Shown: positions 28,220-41,382, counted from the first letter of the whole stretch. The stretch: DNA of 63,398 nt, filler included, from Octopus bimaculoides (GCF_001194135.2; 7 parts of 7 records of this genome joined end to end with filler, not necessarily neighbours in it), one strand, 5' to 3'. Notes: generated by a model from the letters alone, not told the origin. Made by a program: numbers and translations.

Positions 28220-29152
28220 TGTGCAGGCAGTAGTTAAGCACAAACTTGTGTATATTAAAATAAAAATAGAAACTTATATAACTAGTTCTTATGTGTACAT
28301 ACCTATATGAACATGATTTCATTAGGTACCTTTCTACATCCTCAACTCTATAGTTCTGTAATCTATAAAGGCGATTACAACCCAACAAACTCATATTTTA
28401 TACCGACATATGTCCTTTGCAGCAAGACATCCATACATTAAAAGCATTATGCATGCAGAATACATGCATACATACATACACACACAAACACACACACACA
28501 CATGCACAAACATACACACACATATACACATGCATAAGAAAAACATACATACATGCAATGCATGCATATATGTATACATACACCTATATATATATATATA
28601 TATATATGCAGTATGTATATATAATATGTGTGTGACTCTCTCTCTCTGTAGTTTGTATGTATGCATGGAAGAGTCAATGTGTGTATATATATGAATATAT
28701 ATATATATANNNNNNNNNNNNNNNNNNNNNNNNNNNNNNNNNNNNNNNNNNNNNNNNNNNNNNNNNNNNNNNNNNNNNNNNNNNNNNNNNNNNNNNNNNN
28801 NNNNNNNNNNNNNNNNNNNNNNNNNNNNNNNNNNNNNNNNNNNNNNNNNNNNNNNNNNNNNNNNNNNNNNNNNNNNNNNNNNNNNNNNNNNNNNNNNNNN
28901 NNNNNNNNNNNNNNNNNNNNNNNNNNNNNNNNNNNNNNNNNNNNNNNNNNNNNNNNNNNNNNNNNNNNNNNNNNNNNNNNNNNNNNNNNNNNNNNNNNNN
29001 NNNNNNNNNNNNNNNNNNNNNNNNNNNNNNNNNNNTATATATATATATATATATATATATAGCATATATAGATGCATATATATATACATACATATTTATA
29101 TGTTTGCCTATGTTATATCTCTCCATGCATACATGTATATATGTATGTATAT

Positions 29153-29187
<35 letters not shown>

Positions 29188-29204
29188 AGTGTATGTGTGT
29201 TTGC

Positions 29205-29595
29205 ATGTGTGTCTCTGTTTTCTGTGCGCACATGTGTAATGAGAAAAAATAGTTGTGTATTTTTGCATGCAGATAAGAATATAAACCATAGTTTGTTTTT
29301 TTTCTTTACTTTTACTTCTTTTTGTTCTTGGACAATGAACCATTCCATTTCCTTTACTAAATGTTTCCCTTTGGTCAATACACATATATTTTGGTTAGCT
29401 GACCAGAAATGGCTATTTCATCAGTCCATTCCAATATGATGGAATATGTGTGTGTGTGTGTGTGTGTCTTTCTTTTTTTTTCTTCCAGGAACACAAATGC
29501 TTTGTCTGGCTTTAATATTATTTATAACATCTGAAGTCTGTGGATTCTAATATCGGAAGCTAGCAAGTAATGAATTTAATGAGAGACGCATTGTG
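29205..29595 (+). repeat. Local segmental duplication, copy 1 (copy 2 at 32820-33172)
   Basis: Long near-identical blocks: atttcctttactaaatgtttccctttggtcaat, tgaccagaaatggctatttcatcagtccattccaa, tttataacatctgaagtctg, gtaatgaatttaatgaga. Confidence 0.9.
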
Positions 29596-30159
29596 ACAAA
29601 AATAAATAAATAAATGAATAAAATAAAGCCACCCATCTCCACCAATTTTCCCCGCTGCCAAAATAGCAAGAAGAAAACAAAAAAAAAAAAGCGAAACAAA
29701 ATGAAATGAGAACAACATGAAGTAGAAGTATAAATACAAAATATAAATGAATAAAACAGCAAAAGTGCTTTTGTATGTAGTAACTAACAATCAAATATTA
29801 TTGATTTCTTTTGATTATGAACAAATCCTATGTCTGAGTGATGTTTGTTGATTGAATTGAAACATCCCTAGTATAATACTGGTATTCTTTATATACATAC
29901 ATGCATGCNNNNNNNNNNNNNNNNNNNNNNNNNNNNNNNNNNNNNNNNNNNNNNNNNNNNNNNNNNNNNNNNNNNNNNNNNNNNNNNNNNNNNNNNNNNN
30001 NNNNNNNNNNNNNNNNNNNNNNNNNNNNNNNNNNNNNNNNNNNNNNNNNNNNNNNNNNNNNNNNNNNNNNNNNNNNNNNNNNNNNNNNNNNNNNNNNNNN
30101 NNNNNNNNNNNNNNNNNNNNNNNNNNNNNNNNNNNNNNNNNNNNNNNNNNATTCTTTTG

Positions 30160-30620
30160 TTATAGTTTCAGCTCAGAGCTGCGGCCATGCTAATGCACCG
30201 CCATTTTGCTACACTGTTATTACTGAGAGCCTCCTCCAATATGTGGCACTTGGTGAAGAATGGAGTTTGATGTAGCTACTCTCATTTGCACCTCTTGTCA
30301 TGAGGTAGGTTCATCTAGGACTCTCGACAGGAAGAGGTCCAGCTTTGATTTAAAACCCCCTACATCTCCTTTGTTCAGTTTCCTCAGGCTCTTTGGGAGA
30401 ATATTAAATAGCTGTGGGCCCCTGAAACCCAAACTGTTGCAGTAACTAGTCCTGAAGCGCGATGGCATTTCTGGGATCTTTGGCACTATGCAGTGTCATC
30501 TCGTTCTGGCATTGGTGTAGTTTCCAATGCCAAAATTTGGCACAATTCTTTCCAGGATCTTCCATATATATATATGTTCTACCTGCATAATGCTTTTCAT
30601 GTATAGAGGTCTACCCACAG
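30160..30620 (-). mobile_element. CR1-group LINE 3' end with 3' tail
   Basis: IYIWKILERIVPNFG...HCIVPKIPEMPSRFRTSYCNSLGFRGPQLFNILPKSLR...FKSKLDLFLSRVLDEP, followed by the tail atggcggtgcattagcatggccgcagctctgagctgaaac; same family as 61849-62215. Confidence 0.85.
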
Positions 30621-30868
30621 AATATGTGTGTTAGTACAAGATGTTGGGTTGTAATTACCTGTATTGACTACAGAGCTATGAAGTTGAGGGCGTAGAGTGG
30701 TGCCTTATAAGATATAGGTATGTACACATAAGGACTAGTTACATAAGTATCTACTTTTATTTTGATATACATGAAATGACTTAACTACTAACTGCATGCA
30801 TGTACACACACATAAATGCACATACATGAACGCACATACACACATGTACACACACACACACACGCACG

Positions 30869-30905
<37 letters not shown>

Positions 30906-30924
30906 TCTTTTATTATTTTATTCT

Positions 30925-31382
30925 TTTATTCTTTTACTTGTTTCAGTCATTTGACTTCGGCCATGCTGGAGCACCACCTTGAAAGATTTTATTCAAATAA
31001 ATCGACATCAGGACTTATTTCTCTAAATCCTAGTACTTATTCTGTCTGTCTCCTAGGTCGAACCACTACGTTATGGGGAATAAACACACCAACACCGGTT
31101 TTCAAACAGTTGAGTGGTGGGGGGGACAAAAAAAGACAAAAAGACACACGCACATAGATATATACATATATATACGACAGGATTCTTTCAGCTTCTATCA
31201 ACCAAATCCACTCACAAGGCTTTGATCAGCCCAAGGCTACAGCCCAAGGTGCCACATAGTGGTGGGACTGAACCTGGAACTATGTGGTTGGGAAGCAAGC
31301 TTCTTATCACGCAGCCACGAGTGGGACTGAACCTGGAACTATGTGGTTGGGAAGGAAACTTCTTATCACACAGCCACGCCTG
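30925..31382 (-). mobile_element. Full SINE family A copy with tandemly duplicated 59-bp tRNA-like head
   Basis: Tail at 30925-31135, microsatellite linker, then head; 31262-31319 and 31321-31378 are near-identical direct repeats. Confidence 0.85.
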
Positions 31383-31621
31383 TATCTGTACACATATATC
31401 TCTTGACTTTCACATGTTTTAGTCATTTTGGATTGTGGCCATGCTGTGGCACTGCCATGAATTGTTTAGCTCAACATATTGATCCCGGTACACATTTTAA
31501 AGTCTGCTACTAAATAAATTGCTTTTTGCTGAACTGTTAGGTGGTGAGGAGGTAAACCAACCAATAATGTGTGTGTGGACAAAGAGAAAAAAGCACAAAG
31601 GCATACATATACACACACACA

Positions 31622-31652
<31 letters not shown>

Positions 31653-31913
31653 GCATATGCATATAAGATGGGTTACCACATAATTTCTGTTTACCAAATT
31701 CACTCTCAAGCATTGATCAGCCTGGGTCTATAAAAGGCACTTGCACAAGGAACTGCCCATTGGGATTGAACCCAAAGCAACCTCCTTAACCGCACAACCA
31801 AGCCTGTGTCTCTATAAATCACAGCTGTCGGATNNNNNNNNNNNNNNNNNNNNNNNNNNNNNNNNNNNNNNNNNNNNNNNNNNNNNNNNNNNNNNNNNNN
31901 NNNNNNNNNNNNN

Positions 31914-31947
<34 letters not shown>

Positions 31948-32819
31948 TATGTACGTATATGCACACAGACATATCTACATGTACATATATGTATGTATAT
32001 GCCTCTGTGTGTGTGTGTGTGTGTGTATAATATGTGCCTGTACATATGTATGAATCAGGAGTATGCTCCACATACATGTGATAATACTGTTCTTACACAT
32101 AATAACCTTGTTATTCTGCTGTTTGAGAAAGTCTCACAGCCCAACACAACTCCAGCCACTGGCTCATATATATGATATTTCTTCTGCCTATCTTTTCTAC
32201 ATCTACTACAAAAGTACTTTGGCTTTTCATAACTCATTTTATTTCTCCAAATTTGGTACAGATATGTCTGTGTGGTTAACATGCTTACATTGCAACCATA
32301 TAGTTTCATTATTGATCTCAAAACAAAACGAACTTCATACTACAAAACATTCACTTGAATATTCTATTACTTTTCAGATGTTATCAGTCTTTTTCCAAGC
32401 CCAATAAACTTTGGTAATGTAAGAATACAGACATGACTTTTGGTTTTGATTCTTTTTGATGGTTCTAGTATTCTAAAACTTCATTTTTTAGTAAACGACT
32501 AACACATTGGAGCAAATAATGTCAATAAATGAGTGATAATATTTAGGTAAACACCATACAGCAAAACCACCTAAATAATTCCGACAAAATGGCTATGTGC
32601 TTGTTAAAAAATTCTTAAGGGAGAATATAAAGGCAGTTTCCTATTGCATTCTTTTGGTTATATTTTCAGCGAGATACAATTTTGCAACAACTGACTCAGC
32701 ACTTAAAGCATGAGAGCCCAAGCAAATACCACAAAATATTTTGTCCAATACCCTAACATTTTCAAAAATTTCCAAATTTCTGGACTGGCATATAGTATGT
32801 ATCCATGAATATAGATATG

Positions 32820-33172
32820 TGTGTGGCTCTGTGTGTGCATATGTAATGGGAACAAGCTGTGTATTTTAGCCTTCAGATAAAAATATAAAACAATTTTATT
32901 TGCCTTTATTTCTTTTTGCTTTTGCACAATAAACCATTTAATTTCCTTTACTAAATGTTTCCCTTTGGTCAATGCACATATATTTTGATTCAGTGACCAG
33001 AAATGGCTATTTCATCAGTCCATTCCAACATGATGGAATATGTGGGGTTTTTTTCTTTTAAGAACACAAATGGTTTGTCTGGTTTTAATCTCATTTATAA
33101 CATCTGAAGTCTGCAGATTCTATTATTAGAAACTAGCAGGTAATGAATTTAATGAGAAACACATTGTGATAA
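32820..33172 (+). repeat. Local segmental duplication, copy 2
   Basis: See 29205-29595. Confidence 0.9.
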
Positions 33173-33189
33173 ATATGATACTCCACCTT

Positions 33190-33700
33190 CCTGACCCCAG
33201 GAATGTAAAAGCGAAGCCAACCATGTCAAGATTTGAACTCAGAATGTGAAATTCTAGAGTACACACCACACAGCATTTTGTTTAATGTTCTAACAGTTCT
33301 ATCATTCCATTACCCTTATTTATCAGTCTAGAAAGAATGAACACAAATGTTTACGAAGTCAAGATTTGACCTCAACATTAAGTACCAGAACAAATACCAT
33401 AATGTATTTTTTGTCCAATTCTCTGACGATTCCATCATTGGAACACCCTTATCAATACATTAATTTACTAATTCAAAGAGAATGAACACTAAGTCAAAAT
33501 TTGACTTCAACATCAAATGCCAAACCAAATGTTGTAATGAAGTTTGCCCAATGCTCTAACTATTTCATCATTTCAATTACCTTATTGATATTTCAATATA
33601 TGAACTTCAAAAGAATCAACACCAAAGTTGATCTTGACCAGATTTGAACTTAGTATGTGAAGAACTGGACCAAATGCAGCAAGTTATTTAGTCTGATGGA
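33190..33700 (-). mobile_element. Array of about 4 decayed partial SINE-B copies
   Basis: Recurrent aagatttga(a/c)ctca...accacaaatacc...cattttgt(t/c)(c/t)aatgctctaac-like segments near 33225, 33360, 33495 and 33640. Confidence 0.6.
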
Positions 33701-36436
33701 TATGTCTTTAGGATTACTAACTTCATCACACAGCAAATAATTAAATCAGTTCTTTCTGCAAGAACTATTAAACACATTGACTGTCTGTGTGTCTCATATT
33801 TACCGATTCTCCAGTTTAATGTAATTGTTAGTTTTCTATTGTCACCTTTTGGAACTGTGTAAATAGATAGAGTGTATTCATAGAAATCTTATTGAAAGAC
33901 ATCATGTGATAGCCTCTTATGATGGCAACAGTGAGAGAAAAAGGAGGATATAATGGGAGAGAGACAGTTGGTGTCTAAATGAATCTTGCTGAAAAATATT
34001 TTAACGATTTCTCATTTACTTAGTGATAAACTAATGTTTAAATTATTGTTGTTATTATTGTTGCTAAGTATCAGGTAAGCTGCTTTTGAACAGGTTTATG
34101 TTCAAAGATGTTCCACCTATGATTACCCTATCTATTTGTATGCTTTTTACTTAGGACCAACATTGTCCAGTTAAGTCTCTTTTATTTATGCTAGGAGTGG
34201 GTTTTCTTAGAAGCTCACGTATGTGGACAAACCCCAAACACACTCTCTTCACTCCAAAAGGATTAGAAAAAGGAAAATTATATGATTATAACACCCCTTT
34301 CAACCTTTAAGAAACACTTACCCAGAGGCCACAAATATTAGAAATTCTTCAACCCCTTAATGTCAAGGTGAGCTACTCCTGCTTAGAGTCATATATGAAA
34401 AAGAGATTTGTCCATTATTTTTAGCCAATGAAGTATCTAGTTAATGGTCCTTTTCAGTCTTATTGTTCTTGATGATGTAGCTCTTTGAAGTATACTAAAT
34501 TTCTGAATGCATATGAGATTGGTTAATTGATGGAGATGCATCTGATGAGACTCTCAAAAGAGTCAAGAATCATTCCAGGTTTTCCATAATTCTTTCAGTC
34601 TACAGATGAAAGAGTAGGTAAATTTAACATATTTGTATGTCTCTTATGTAGGTTTATCTTCATACTATCTTTACTCATGCTGAGCATATAAAGCTGCTGT
34701 AATTAATACATTCTAAAGATATAGAATCTCTATGTGTTTGATTGATGTGTTAAAATTATCAACCAAGTACCATTAAAATGATACTCCAGTATCCTAAAGA
34801 AATAAAGAATACATTGAAAAATCTCTTTCTAAATATAGAAAAGTTTTGATGGTCATAATAAGAACACTTTTGATGATAGGTCTGAAAGTATTGAAAACTT
34901 AGTGTTTTTGCATGCAGCATGGTGCCAAGGATAAGATTAGAGCTGCAGTTGATTTGTTTTCAACAGTATTTTAAACCCAGTTTCACCACAGACTCAGTAG
35001 TGACTGAATTAGCCATGAAACTGTGTCTATAGTACAAGACCATACTTCCAAAACCCCATAACCAAATCTAAAGCATAAAAATTCCACAATATTTAAGAAT
35101 TAAAATATAATAATTTATCCAAAAGACAGTAGAAAAACTATTCTGATTCTTGCATTCGTTTTTCTCCTACTTCTGTTACATTTCTTTGCAATGTAGAAAT
35201 GAAATGTAGAGGGCTGGGCAAACTAATTTTCTCACAAATTCTCTCTGTCACTAACTTTTCTGTTGATAAAATAAAGATGATTAGTTATTTCTGATTAAAA
35301 GTTTCTGAAATTGTGACAAGTGCACAATTATCTCGTAATTAAACAAGCCTTTTAACAAGAACTATTTAGTCTCTAATTATCCAACCGAAATCATGGGGTG
35401 AATATGCATCATAACTTGCTGTTGGAAATATGAAATATGGAAAAGAGAGAAGACAAAGAAGAAAAAGATGTAAAAGAAAGAAAAATAAATGAGGAGAAAG
35501 AAAATACATGAACAAGATGAAGCATATACATGTATAAAAAAATACAGACACATACACACATGTATATACAAGGGCATATAGACAAACATGCACATATGAA
35601 CACACAGTTCTTAAAGTTTGGCAAATTGAGAATTTTTCTTTCAGGAACTCTAATAGAAAAGTAATGGCAAGACACATAGAGAGTGTAAGAAGAAAAACAT
35701 GAATAAGCAAAGAAGATAATAAAGTTCTTTTAAATGCATAAAATAAAGTAGATATAAAGAAAAAATTACAAAATCATCAAATTTTATCAACAAAAATAAT
35801 TATTAAAATTCTGAAAAAACAAATTCTCTCAAACCAAAATCAAAATTTAAAAAGAAAAGAATAGCAAAACAAGACAAAAGAGTAGGCTGCAAAGATTTTA
35901 AGGCAAGCTTCAAATAACAATTTTATAAAAGTCATATTTTTTCTTTACAATAAAATGAAAAACATGAAATGACAATGGTTGTGTAAAGGCTGTCTATTAT
36001 GTTTCTTTCATACGGTTTAAGTGTGGGAGGGTTCTAATCAGTTTAGAGAATGCGAACACTGAATACAAGAGTAACACTAAATTTTAGATTTTTGAATAGC
36101 CTCATTACTAGAATAGCACAGTGGTATGGTACTGCTTACAATGCAGACATGAGTTCAAATTTTATTAAAGTATTCTCCTGCTACAGGGGGAATACTCTGC
36201 TTCAGTTCTGCTGATTGGCCTACCATTTGAATGCACACATGCACACATATATAAATACTTAAGGATTTTCTCTCAGACAAAAAATCAAGTTGAAAGGCAT
36301 GATGCTGTGATAATTATCTAAGATAAAACCTCTTCATTGATGTTATTTTAAAAACACAATATATTTTGACATGAGGTGAATATCCTCCCAGCACTGACTT
36401 ACGAGAATGTCAGATGTGTTTTGGTATTCTTGGAAC

Positions 36437-36492
36437 TTGACAATTGCCGTCTGACGAAGGCGAGCAAGCCAGAACTTCGAAGTCACTGTCAA
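36437..36492 (+). ncRNA. Decayed minimal type-I hammerhead ribozyme (second family)
   Basis: ttgaca..ccgt-CTGACGA-A-GGC-gagcaa-GCC-AGAA-C-TTCGAA-GTC-actgtcaa. Stem III is the perfect palindrome ACTTCGAAGT; GAAA reads AGAA. Confidence 0.6.
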
Positions 36493-38536
36493 CAATTTCC
36501 TTGTATAAAAATTTAATACACATGTTCTGAACTAAAAATATTCAGTAATCTTTCAGTTTAATGTGAAATTATTTTTATGTTTAACTTGATATTACAACAA
36601 ACATTAATATCTTTTATCTTTTATCTTTTACATGTTTCAATAACTTCACTGTGGCCCTGCTGGGACTTATTTTTAAAATCCTGGCTCCTATTTTAAGATT
36701 ATGGGTATGTAAACACACCTACACTGATACATATGTGTGTGCATGCGTGCATAACTGTGCATGCATGCATGTGTGTATGAGCTAATGAGAGACTATCGGT
36801 GTGATCACTCATTTACATAGAAATACCAACACCTTCATTCACACCTAAATGCTTTAAAAAGAAGAAAGAATGCAAGCAGTGATGTAATCCTAGATATGTG
36901 AAAAAAAAAAATGAGACTAACAAAGATTTGGCTGCTATTTCTTGCAGATCGAGTGATCAGTTTGAAGCTAATTTGTTGGTTTTCTTGATGTAAATGTTGA
37001 TAATAGATTCATCTTCAGTGCATTATGATGAATAGAGTTTTCTGGTTTGGATAAATTTTCAATAATCCTTTCAATAAACAAGGGTTAAAGAACGGTTGTG
37101 ACTTTGATACTGACTGGTTGAATAACTGAGAAGAACTTAAATGGTTCTCAAGAATGAGATGAATCTGATCTTCATTATTATCGACATCATGACTTTGGTT
37201 TCTGGCACATCGTCAATCATCATCATCATCATCATCATCCTCATCATTGTCATCGACATCCCCATCGTCTCGTCGTCATTGTCATCATCATCATCACCAT
37301 CATCATTATCATGATCATGATTATAGTGATGATGATCCTCATCATCATAATCATTTCCACCACTGCATGACCACGACCACGACCACTACTATCCACCACC
37401 ACCACCACCACCACCACCACCACCACCACCNNNNNNNNNNNNNNNNNNNNNNNNNNNNNNNNNNNNNNNNNNNNNNNNNNNNNNNNNNNNNNNNNNNNNN
37501 NNNNNNNNNNNNNNNNNNNNNNNNNNNNNNNNNNNNNNNNNNNNNNNNNNNNNNNNNNNNNNNNNNNNNNNNNNNNNNNNNNNNNNNNNNNNNNNNNNNN
37601 NNNNNNNNNNNNNNNNNNNNNNNNNNNNNNNNNNNNNNNNNNNNNNNNNNNNNNNNNNNNNNNNNNNNNNNNNNNNNNNNNNNNNNNNNNNNNNNNNNNN
37701 NNNNNNNNNNNNNNNNNNNNNNNNNNNNNNNNNNNNNNNNNNNNNNNNNNNNNNNNNNNNNNNNNNNNNNNNNNCTCCTCCTCCTCCTCTTCATTGTCAT
37801 CATCATCATCATCATGAGTATCGTCAGCTTCTTCACCATTGTATTTGTGTTCACTTATCCTTTCTAGAATGAAGTAGATCAATGTACATGTATGGTCTGA
37901 GTGCCATTACATCTGCTCGGTATACATTGAGTAGGATTGCAAACTGAGAGTTGCCACTTTCAGATATTTCCCATTCAATATGATTAAAGAGCTACAAATG
38001 CATCTGTAAATCTGACAGAGGGCAGCATTGGACAGATATGGTGTTTTAATACATTTCTACCATAAAAGAGAATTTTTTCTCCACAGTAACTGTAGTGAAT
38101 TTGTTTTTAAAAGTTGAAATATGTCACAAACATATTTTAACTAACCTAATGTTCACTTATACTTAAATACTGTTTGGTGCCGATATTGCTGTAATTTTCT
38201 TTGACCTGGCAGTCTAATGGGACAACTCAGTCAATGGTCTTCATCGTGTTTTAGTTAAAGCTACGGCTATTACCCATTGATTATGACTAAGGAGTTTGAA
38301 AGAGTTAGAACTTTATACCCCACGATAACTACAGTGAATTTGCCTTTAGAAGTTGAAATATTTCACAAGCATATTTTAATGAACCTAAATTTTGCCTCAT
38401 GTATATATATATATATATATATATATATNNNNNNNNNNNNNNNNNNNNNNNNNNNNNNNNNNNNNNNNNNNNTTAATTAATTAANNNNNNNNNNNNNNNN
38501 NNNNNNNNNNNNNNNNNNNNNNNNNNNNTATATATA

Positions 38537-38572
<36 letters not shown>

Positions 38573-38584
38573 TGTGCTTATGTG

Positions 38585-38790
38585 TCTATGTTTGCCCCCA
38601 CCATCATCGCTTGACAATTGATGTTGGTGTGTTTACATCCCCGTAACTTAGCGGTTCAGCAAAAGAGACCGATAGGATAGGTACTAGACTTACAAAGAAT
38701 AAGTCCTGGAGGTCGATTGGTTCGACTAAAGGCGGTACTCCAGCATGGCCGCAGTCATATGACTGAAAGAAAGAAATGAATAAAAAAAGA
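38585..38790 (+). mobile_element. SINE family A 3' tail
   Basis: Colinear with 10445-10660. Confidence 0.85.
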
Positions 38791-39398
38791 ACAGTTATAT
38801 AACATCTGTGCGAGCATACAAGCTCTTCAGAATCTACGCCAGTGATCCTCTACAACAATAGTCCTCAATTTTTTTATTTTACTCACAGACGGGTTTCATG
38901 CAAAATAAGTTTTTCTCGGACCTTGGGATCACACGCATAACAGAACACAATGAAGCACATAATATATAACTTGATTATTACACGTATATAATACATATAT
39001 GTTACATATATTATGCAAACTGTGATACTCAATGAAACAGACACGAAATTTTAAAATGTATTCAGTCTATGCGGCCCGAGTATTATATTACGTGTATAAA
39101 TGTCTGTGGAATATTCAGCCACTTATATGGTAATTAAATGAACCTGATAGTCTAGTTGGTCGAACAACTGAAGTCTCCCATAATCACACACGCACACACA
39201 CGCACACATTCTGGAGATATAGTTGTCTGGCTAGTGATTTGATCGTGAACAGCGTGTAGAAACTAAAGCAATTACGGTGTAGAAGACATAACTTCATCAT
39301 TTATAATTTGGTGACATTTTCGTCGCACTACCTGCGACCTGGTCACTGATTCAGTTCAACTGAAACACACAGTGATACACACACACACACACACATTA

Positions 39399-39492
<94 letters not shown>

Positions 39493-40048
39493 GACATACA
39501 CACACAGATAGACAGACAGATACAATTAGATGTTGAATAATGATGACGATATATTTGCGTATGCGTATGTACATGTGTATGCAGAAAAAGAAATAAAACT
39601 AGAGAGAGAGAGAGAGANNNNNNNNNNNNNNNNNNNNNNNNNNNNNNNNNNNNNNNNNNNNNNNNNNNNNNNNNNNNNNNNNNNNNNNNNNNNNNNNNNN
39701 NNNNNNNNNNNNNNNNNNNNNNNNNNNNNNNNNNNNNNNNNNNNNNNNNNNNNNNNNNNNNNNNNNNNNNNNNNNNNNNNNNNNNNNNNNNNNNNNNNNN
39801 NNNNNNNNNNNNNNNNNNNNNNNNNNNNNNNNNNNNNNNNNNNNNNNNNNNNNNNNNNNNNNNNNNNNNNNNNNNNNNNNNNNNNNNNNNNNNNNNNNNN
39901 NNNNNNNNNNNNNNNNNNNNNNNNNNNNNNNNNNNNNNNNNNNNNNNNNNNNNNNNNNNNNNNNNNNNNNNNNNNNNNNNNNNNNNNNNNNNNNNNNNNN
40001 NNNNNNNNNNNNNNNNNNNNNNNNNNNNNNNNNNNNNNNNNNNNNNNN

Positions 40049-40102
<54 letters not shown>

Positions 40103-40204
40103 GTTAGCACTGTTGAAGTAATTAACTACTTAATCATGTGATTGTTTCTCCTCACAGAAGAACCGATTCCATTATTCCAATTCTTACTATTTCAGATAGA
40201 TCTT

Positions 40205-40430
40205 TAAGGTGGCGAGCTGGCAGAATCGTTACCGCGTCGGACAAAATGCTCAGCGGCGTTTCTTCCAACTTTACGTACTGAGTTCAATCTACGCCGAGGT
40301 CGATTTTTGCCGTTCTTCATTTCGGGGTCAATAAAATAAGTATCGGTTGAACACTAATGTCGATTTAATCGACTTAATAATCCCTTCACCCGAAATTCTT
40401 GGCCCTGTGCCAAAATTTGAAACCGATATT
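40205..40430 (+). mobile_element. SINE family B
   Basis: ggtggcgagctggcagaatcgttacc...gagttcaatc...gccgaggtcga...ggccctgtgccaaaatttgaaacc. Confidence 0.85.
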
Positions 40431-40610
40431 TCAGATATATCTATATTTCTTAACTTTCATGGCATTCATAGCAACAATCAGCAAGCTCACTATATACAGC
40501 CTCATGATACATATAAATACATACTTAAGCACACACACACACACACATACACATACACACACATGTATATATATGTATATATGTACATATATATATGTGT
40601 CTATATATAT

Positions 40611-40827
40611 ATGAAGTATTTGTATGCTGTCAGCTTAATGTGACAGTCCCATGAAGGGAATAATATTACTGCTATTTAGCCTTAGGAAGCAGCACCGCTT
40701 CCTGTCGGCCTTGACACATTTCCTGTGTCCTTATGTTTACAAGGGGGAGACAAGCACCTCCACCCAGCTAAGCCTGCATCCAGAGACTAGTTTCGGAGTC
40801 TTTGCTCGTCATCAGTCTGGAGTAGCA

Positions 40828-40830
<3 letters not shown>
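40611..40830 (-). mobile_element. Short non-coding hammerhead-bearing repeat (Penelope- or retrozyme-like terminal unit)
   Basis: Contains the hammerhead at 40779-40821; 40611-40736 is directly repeated at 41383-41508; loosely homologous to 24590-24699. Confidence 0.6.
40779..40821 (-). ncRNA. Minimal type-I hammerhead ribozyme, near intact
   Basis: Minus strand: tccaga-CTGATGA-C-GAG-caaaga-CTC-C-GAAA-C-TA-GTC-tctgga. Full CUGAUGA/GAAA core, GUC cleavage triplet, 6-bp stem I, palindromic ACUAGU stem III. The only defect is a C-C mismatch at the base of stem II. Confidence 0.8.
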
Positions 40831-40901
<71 letters not shown>

Positions 40902-40934
40902 TTGGAAAAGGATGCGTGGCGTTCAATCATATAA

Positions 40935-40970
<36 letters not shown>

Positions 40971-41382
40971 CTTTCTTGCGAATAACGAAGGAAACGAATG
41001 GAAAACAAGACAAGCAACACAAAGAACGACCCTTCATCAGTTGTCAGCTGTTTTTCTAATTCCTATTTCGAGCATTTCACGACAAGATACGCCTTCGATA
41101 AAACAAAGCAATTTAAATAAGATTTTGGATTTTGCGGAGGGTCAATATTGGCCTTCTCAACTTGTGCTTCTTTTTCTTTCTGCTGCAGCTGGACGAATAA
41201 GGCGCATTCTTGTCTGTCTTCTGTCCAAGCCTGTTTCTCCGCATTTACGTAGCTCATTCCACGCAAGTTAATGTCTGAAAAGCAAAATAGGAATGTTGAA
41301 GTATTATCTATAAAGCTAGATTTTAAATATGAAATGACTTTGGGATCCACCAGAGTAGAATAGTAATCAAAGTGGTCTATAG

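Noticed and set aside
32289-32418. Adjacent micro-exon candidates on opposite strands (minus 32289-32339 YEVRFVLRSIMKLYGCN; plus 32378-32418 DVISLFPSPINFGN)
   Set aside because: Equally good candidates on both strands show how easily such signals arise by chance; no homology recognised.
34542-34575. CTGATGA-GACTCT-caaa-AGAGTC hammerhead-like left half
   Set aside because: Stem II is perfect, but it is followed by AAGAA rather than GAAA and no stem I partner exists; at best an unrecognisable relic.
38840-39110. Possible hAT-type MITE
   Set aside because: Only faint resemblance; no matching terminal inverted repeats or 8-bp target duplication could be shown.
41030-41050. Minus-strand CTGATGAAGGG in a repeat next to the hammerhead element
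   Set aside because: No closing stem II or GAAA at a workable distance.
41063-41350. 95-aa minus-strand ORF behind a strong acceptor at 41275
   Set aside because: The distal part appears to run into repeat-like sequence and there is no convincing donor except for a 26-nt mini-exon; no homology.
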